32,000 nucleotides of DNA, from contig NZ_CP059216.1 of assembly GCF_014252315.1 (NCBI RefSeq), forward strand, positions 30,001 through 62,000. The letters are read 5' to 3'. This DNA is from Candidatus Saccharimonadota bacterium (GTDB lineage Bacteria; Bacteroidota; Bacteroidia; Flavobacteriales; Blattabacteriaceae). This document shows, one piece after another, positions 27,445 to 32,000 of this stretch. Each line of letters starts with the position of its first letter. Position 1 is the first letter of the stretch. The translations under genes were made by a program, and so were the position numbers. Under the pieces are notes generated by a model. That model did no database searches, was not told where the DNA came from, and worked only from the letters and a program-made list of their open reading frames with translations.

Positions 27445-30342
27445 ATGATAAAAAAGGAGAAAAAAAATACATATTTAATAAAAAATTTTTTTAACAAAAA
27501 AAGTTCTAGAAGAGATTTTTTAAAATGGATAGGATTCAGCACGGCTTCTGTTACATTAACTGCGTGTAAAGGTCCTGTAATAAAATCTATACCTTATATA
27601 GTTAAACCTGATAATATTTCTTTGGGAATTCCTGTTTATTATGCCACTACTATGGTTGATTCGTTTGATATGGCTTGTGTATTAGTAAAAACAAGGGAAG
27701 GTAGACCAATAAAAATAGAACCAAATTTTGATTCTTCATATTTTAACACTGTTTCAGCAAGGATACAATCTTCATTATTATCACTTTATGATGAAGAAAA
27801 ATTTAAATTTCCATATTTAAATGGTAAAATAAGTAACTGGAAATCCATTGATAATTATATTATAAAAAATTTAAAGTATTTGAATAAAACAAAAAAACAT
27901 ATTATATTTATTTCTCCATCATTTCCAAGTTTTTCTACCAAAGAAATAATTAAAGATTTTAAAAAAAAATATCCTAATACAAAATGGATTATTTATGATC
28001 CTATTTCTTATTCTAAGATATTAGATGCTTCAAAAAATATTTTTGGAAGACGAGCTATACCTTTTTTTGATTTGAAAAATATAGATTTAATAGTATCATT
28101 TGATGCTGATTTCTTAGGAGATTGGATTCCAGAAAATATAGAAAAATATTATGCAAATAATAGAAATCTAGATAATAATACTATGATACAACATATTCAT
28201 ATAGAAAGTAATATGTCCATATCTGGAGCTAATTCTGATAAAAGAATATCTAAAAAACCTACTGATATAAAAAAAATGTTATTTGATATTTATCAATGTA
28301 TTTTTTTTGGAAAAGAACCTAACGATAATGAATCTAAAATAATTTATTCTTTAATTAAAAAAAAATGGAATAAGTGCGTAATTTTTGCAGATGGGGATAA
28401 AGATATGTATGAAATGTCGTTTTTAATTAATAAAAAAATCAATAGCAATGCCATAAAAAATAAAAAATTTATACTTTCTAAAGAAAGTGATGATAAAAAA
28501 TTTTATAATTTTATTGATGATCTAAAAAAAGATAATATAGGAGCATTATTTATTAATGATTTGGATATTATTTATAATCTTCCCTCATCTATTTCTAATA
28601 TAATAAAAAAATCAATAAAAAATATTCCTTTAACAGTCTCTTTTTCAACAAAAAAGAATGAGACAAATAAAATTATGAAAGTAATAGCTCCTATTCCTCA
28701 TTGGTTAGAGTCATGGGGTGATCTTAATCCTATTTCAAATTACTATACTCTCATTCAACCAACTATACAAAAAATTTTTAATACAAGACAATTACAAGAT
28801 TCTATTATTAGATGGAGTAATATTAATGAAATAAATTATTATGAATATTTGAAAAAAAAATGGGAAAAAAATATTATACCATATTCTAACTGCTCTTCTT
28901 TTAATGAAGCCTTATTTAAAGGATTTGTAAAAACTAATAAAAATCATAATAATAAAAAATTATATAGTAAAACAAAAATATTAAAAACATATAAAATAAC
29001 TAATGATATAAAAAATAAATTTGAACTTAGATTGTATACAAAAACAAGTATGGGCGATGGATTTCAATATAATAACCCTTGGTTACATGAACTTCCAGAT
29101 CCTATAACAAGAACTACTTGGGGAAATTACATGACTATTTCACATCATGATTCAAAAAAATTTAATATAAAAAATTGGAATACTACAGATGGATCATTAA
29201 ATGGAAATTGTGTTAATATAATAAAAAATAATATAATAGTTATTAAAAACATACCTGCATTTATACAATATGGACAAGCAATAGGATCAATTGGTATAGC
29301 ATTTGGATACGGACAAAAAATAGGAAAATTATCTAATTTATGTGATGGAAAAAATTCATATAAAATTTATGATGAATTTAATATAATACAAAAAAATATA
29401 AAAATAGAAAAAACAAATATAATACATAAATTTGCTTGCGTACAATTACAAAATTCACCTTTAGAAAGAGATATTATCAGAGAAACGAATTTGGATACTT
29501 TTTTAAAATATCCTAAAAAAGTTTGGAATAAAAAAGAAAATATTAATGATAATATCTGGAATATGGAAAAAAATAAAATAAAAAATAAAAATAATGATGG
29601 ACATCATTTTAATTTATCTATAGATTTAAATACTTGTATTGGATGTGGTTCATGTATAATAGCATGTAATTCTGAAAATAATATTCCCGTTGTTGGAAAA
29701 GACGAAATAAGAAATTTTAGAGATATGCATTGGATACGAATAGATAGATATTATCATAATGACAAAAAAAAATTAAATAGACAATCACAAGATAATCCAA
29801 AAGTATCATTTCAACCTATAATGTGTCAACATTGTGAATATGCTCCATGTGAAACAGTTTGTCCAGTTGGAGCTACTACTCATGGATCACAAGGTCAAAA
29901 TATGATGACATACAACAGATGTATAGGAACCCGTTATTGTGCAAATAATTGTCCTTATAAAGTAAGACGTTTTAATTGGTTTAATTATTTAGACAACAAA
30001 GATTTTGATTTTCATATGAATAATACATTGGGAAAAATGGTGTTAAATCCAGATGTAGTTACAAGAACTAGAGGTGTAATGGAAAAATGTTCTTTATGTA
30101 TTCAAAGAACTCAATATTCAATAACAAAAGCAAAAAAAGAAAAAAGAAAAGTAAAAGACAATGAATTTGAAACAGCATGTAGTATTGTTTGTCCTACTAA
30201 AGCAATAACATTTGGTGATATTAAAGATAAAAATAGTATTATACGTAAGAAAATAAATAATATAAGATCCTATAAACTTCTTGAGTTTATAGGAATAAGC
30301 CCTAATGTCAATTATTTAGTAAAAATAAGAAATGATAAGTAA
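27445..30342 (+). CDS. actB: Alternative complex III subunit ActB (molybdopterin-oxidoreductase-like domain fused to a 4Fe-4S ferredoxin-like domain)
   Basis: Twin-arginine signal SRRDFLKWIGFSTASVTLTAC. Fe-S motifs CIGCGSCIIACNSENN, CQHCEYAPCETVCP, CIGTRYCANNCPYKVRRFN and CSLCIQR...CPTKA. Length is 965 aa. Confidence 0.92.
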   Translation: MIKKEKKNTYLIKNFFNKKSSRRDFLKWIGFSTASVTLTACKGPVIKSIPYIVKPDNISLGIPVYYATTMVDSFDMACVLVKTREGRPIKIEPNFDSSYFNTVSARIQSSLLSLYDEEKFKFPYLNGKISNWKSIDNYIIKNLKYLNKTKKHIIFISPSFPSFSTKEIIKDFKKKYPNTKWIIYDPISYSKILDASKNIFGRRAIPFFDLKNIDLIVSFDADFLGDWIPENIEKYYANNRNLDNNTMIQHIHIESNMSISGANSDKRISKKPTDIKKMLFDIYQCIFFGKEPNDNESKIIYSLIKKKWNKCVIFADGDKDMYEMSFLINKKINSNAIKNKKFILSKESDDKKFYNFIDDLKKDNIGALFINDLDIIYNLPSSISNIIKKSIKNIPLTVSFSTKKNETNKIMKVIAPIPHWLESWGDLNPISNYYTLIQPTIQKIFNTRQLQDSIIRWSNINEINYYEYLKKKWEKNIIPYSNCSSFNEALFKGFVKTNKNHNNKKLYSKTKILKTYKITNDIKNKFELRLYTKTSMGDGFQYNNPWLHELPDPITRTTWGNYMTISHHDSKKFNIKNWNTTDGSLNGNCVNIIKNNIIVIKNIPAFIQYGQAIGSIGIAFGYGQKIGKLSNLCDGKNSYKIYDEFNIIQKNIKIEKTNIIHKFACVQLQNSPLERDIIRETNLDTFLKYPKKVWNKKENINDNIWNMEKNKIKNKNNDGHHFNLSIDLNTCIGCGSCIIACNSENNIPVVGKDEIRNFRDMHWIRIDRYYHNDKKKLNRQSQDNPKVSFQPIMCQHCEYAPCETVCPVGATTHGSQGQNMMTYNRCIGTRYCANNCPYKVRRFNWFNYLDNKDFDFHMNNTLGKMVLNPDVVTRTRGVMEKCSLCIQRTQYSITKAKKEKRKVKDNEFETACSIVCPTKAITFGDIKDKNSIIRKKINNIRSYKLLEFIGISPNVNYLVKIRNDK

Positions 30343-30354
30343 ATAAAAAATATT

Positions 30355-31719
30355 ATGTTAGATTATTATGAATCTCCCATAAGAGAAAAATTGATTTTAG
30401 GAAAAAAAAATATAAAAGATGTTACTAATGATATAGTATATCCTATTGAAAATAAAGCTGGAAAATTTTGGTGGATTTCATTATTTATATCTATTTTCGC
30501 ATTTATTTGGGGATTGTTATGCATAATATATACAATAACAAAAGGAATTGGAGTTTGGGGTCTAAATAAAACTATAAATTGGGCTTGGGATATTACTAAT
30601 TTTGTTTGGTGGGTTGGAATAGGACATGCTGGAACATTGATATCAGCAGTATTACTTTTATTTCGTCAAAAATGGCGTTTATCTATTAATCGTTCAGCTG
30701 AAGCAATGACTATTTTTGCAGTAATACAAGCTGGATTATTTCCAATAATACACATGGGTAGACCATGGAATGCTCATTGGGTTTTACCAATACCAAATCA
30801 ATTTGGATCATTGTGGCCTAATTTTAATTCTCCTTTATTGTGGGATGTATTTGCTATTAGTACTTACTTTTCTGTATCAACCATTTTTTGGTTTATTGGA
30901 TTAATTCCTGATTTTGCAATGGTTAGGGATAGAATATCAGATCCATTTCAAAAAAGAATATATACTATACTTAGTTTTGGATGGGGAGGAAGTGCTAAAG
31001 ATTGGAAAAGATTTGAAGAAGTTTCTTTAATATTAGCTGGATTATGTACACCACTAGTTTTTTCCGTTCATACTATTGTATCTTTTGATTTTTCAACTTC
31101 TGTAATAAAAGGGTGGCACAGTACTATATTTCCTCCATATTTTGTAGCAGGAGCTATCTTCTCAGGATTTGCTATGGTTCAAACTTTATTAGGAGTTGCT
31201 AGAAAAGCTCTTTCTTTAGAAAATTATATTACTAGAAATCATATTGAATTTATGAATATGATTATTTTATTAACAGGAGGAATAGTTCTAATAGCTTATA
31301 TTTCTGAATATATTCTTGCATGGTATTCTAGTAGTCCTTTTGAAGAATTTATTTATTTTTCCAATAAAGCAGCTTTTGGTCCATTTTGGTGGGCTTTTTG
31401 GTTATTAATTATATGTAATATTATTATTCCACAATTTTTATGGATAAAAAAAATAAGAAGAAGTTTTTTTTGGTCATATTTAATAGCAATAATTATTAAT
31501 ATAGGTATGTGGTTTGAAAGATTTGATATTATAGTTTTAAATTTAAGTCGTGATTATCTTCCTTCTTCTTGGACTGGATTTACTCCATCATTTATAGATG
31601 TAGGAATTTTCATAGGAACAATAGGTTTATTTTTTACATTATATTTATTATACATACGTGTATTTCCTGTTATATCTCAATCTGAATTAAAAACAATTAT
31701 AAAACAAACAGATAAATAG
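30355..31719 (+). CDS. actC: Alternative complex III subunit ActC (NrfD/PsrC-like quinol-interacting membrane subunit)
   Basis: This polytopic NrfD-family membrane protein (WAWDITNFVWWVGIGHAGTLISA, HMGRPWNAHW) lies immediately after actB. Confidence 0.9.
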   Translation: MLDYYESPIREKLILGKKNIKDVTNDIVYPIENKAGKFWWISLFISIFAFIWGLLCIIYTITKGIGVWGLNKTINWAWDITNFVWWVGIGHAGTLISAVLLLFRQKWRLSINRSAEAMTIFAVIQAGLFPIIHMGRPWNAHWVLPIPNQFGSLWPNFNSPLLWDVFAISTYFSVSTIFWFIGLIPDFAMVRDRISDPFQKRIYTILSFGWGGSAKDWKRFEEVSLILAGLCTPLVFSVHTIVSFDFSTSVIKGWHSTIFPPYFVAGAIFSGFAMVQTLLGVARKALSLENYITRNHIEFMNMIILLTGGIVLIAYISEYILAWYSSSPFEEFIYFSNKAAFGPFWWAFWLLIICNIIIPQFLWIKKIRRSFFWSYLIAIIINIGMWFERFDIIVLNLSRDYLPSSWTGFTPSFIDVGIFIGTIGLFFTLYLLYIRVFPVISQSELKTIIKQTDK

Positions 31720-31724
31720 ATATT

Positions 31725-32000
31725 ATGTTGTATTACATATTATATGATAATGAAAATGGTCTTATAAAGAGTATAAAAAATTTGAATAAAAATAAAAATT
31801 GTTTTATACAAGATATTTATTCACCATATCCTATTCATGAAGTAAATCATTTACTTAATTTATGCGAAACAAATTTATCAATTTTATCTTTTGTATATGG
31901 TTTTTTAGGATTTTTATTTTCAAGTTTATTAATATGGTATACTATGATTTTTGATTGGCCACAAAATATAGGAGGAAAACCCTCTTATTCTTGGATAAGA
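31725..32000 (+). CDS. actD: Alternative complex III subunit ActD (DUF3341-like), 5' part; continues past the right edge
   Basis: This ORF is not in the supplied track. The ATG at 31725 gives MLYYILYDNENGLIKSIKNL...IYSPYPIHEVNHLL...DWPQNIGGKPSYS, which matches the ActD pattern (ysPfPvH...DWP.niGGKP). The frame is open to nt 32000. Confidence 0.8.
   Translation, partial: MLYYILYDNENGLIKSIKNLNKNKNCFIQDIYSPYPIHEVNHLLNLCETNLSILSFVYGFLGFLFSSLLIWYTMIFDWPQNIGGKPSYSWIR

Overview
The window is extremely A+T-rich and very tightly packed, with about 28 genes. Spacers are mostly under 50 nt, several gene pairs overlap, and no Shine-Dalgarno-like GGAG appears upstream of starts. The gene content is housekeeping and respiratory: a flippase 3' end, a dut-like relic, a sugar nucleotidyltransferase, tatA, a lytic transglycosylase, recA, an MBL hydrolase, resB and ccsA (system II cytochrome c biogenesis), an acyltransferase, alaS, sucA, sucB, sucC, a dnaX-like gene, nth, a DUF3127/SSB-like gene, an SPFH protein, a SufT-like DUF59 protein, an M16 peptidase pair, and the start of an alternative complex III operon (actA, actB, actC, actD). 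By inference only, this combination fits a reduced-genome Bacteroidota (Flavobacteriales) insect endosymbiont of the Blattabacterium or Sulcia type. I cannot verify that without a database search. I found no rRNA, tRNA, CRISPR array, mobile element or defence-like cassette, and I cannot support a claim of a novel multi-gene system here. The most interesting signals are single-gene anomalies. An open dUTPase-like ORF has lost four of five catalytic motifs. A DnaX-like clamp-loader gene has lost its Walker B, SRC arginine finger and zinc module. An endonuclease III keeps its catalytic Lys and Asp but has replaced all four Fe-S cysteines. A DUF3127 OB-fold protein carries a canonical SSB acidic tip (DDLPF). 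ActA has a sixth heme site on an N-terminal class I cytochrome c domain. Two spacers of about 300 nt are atypically long for this genome.
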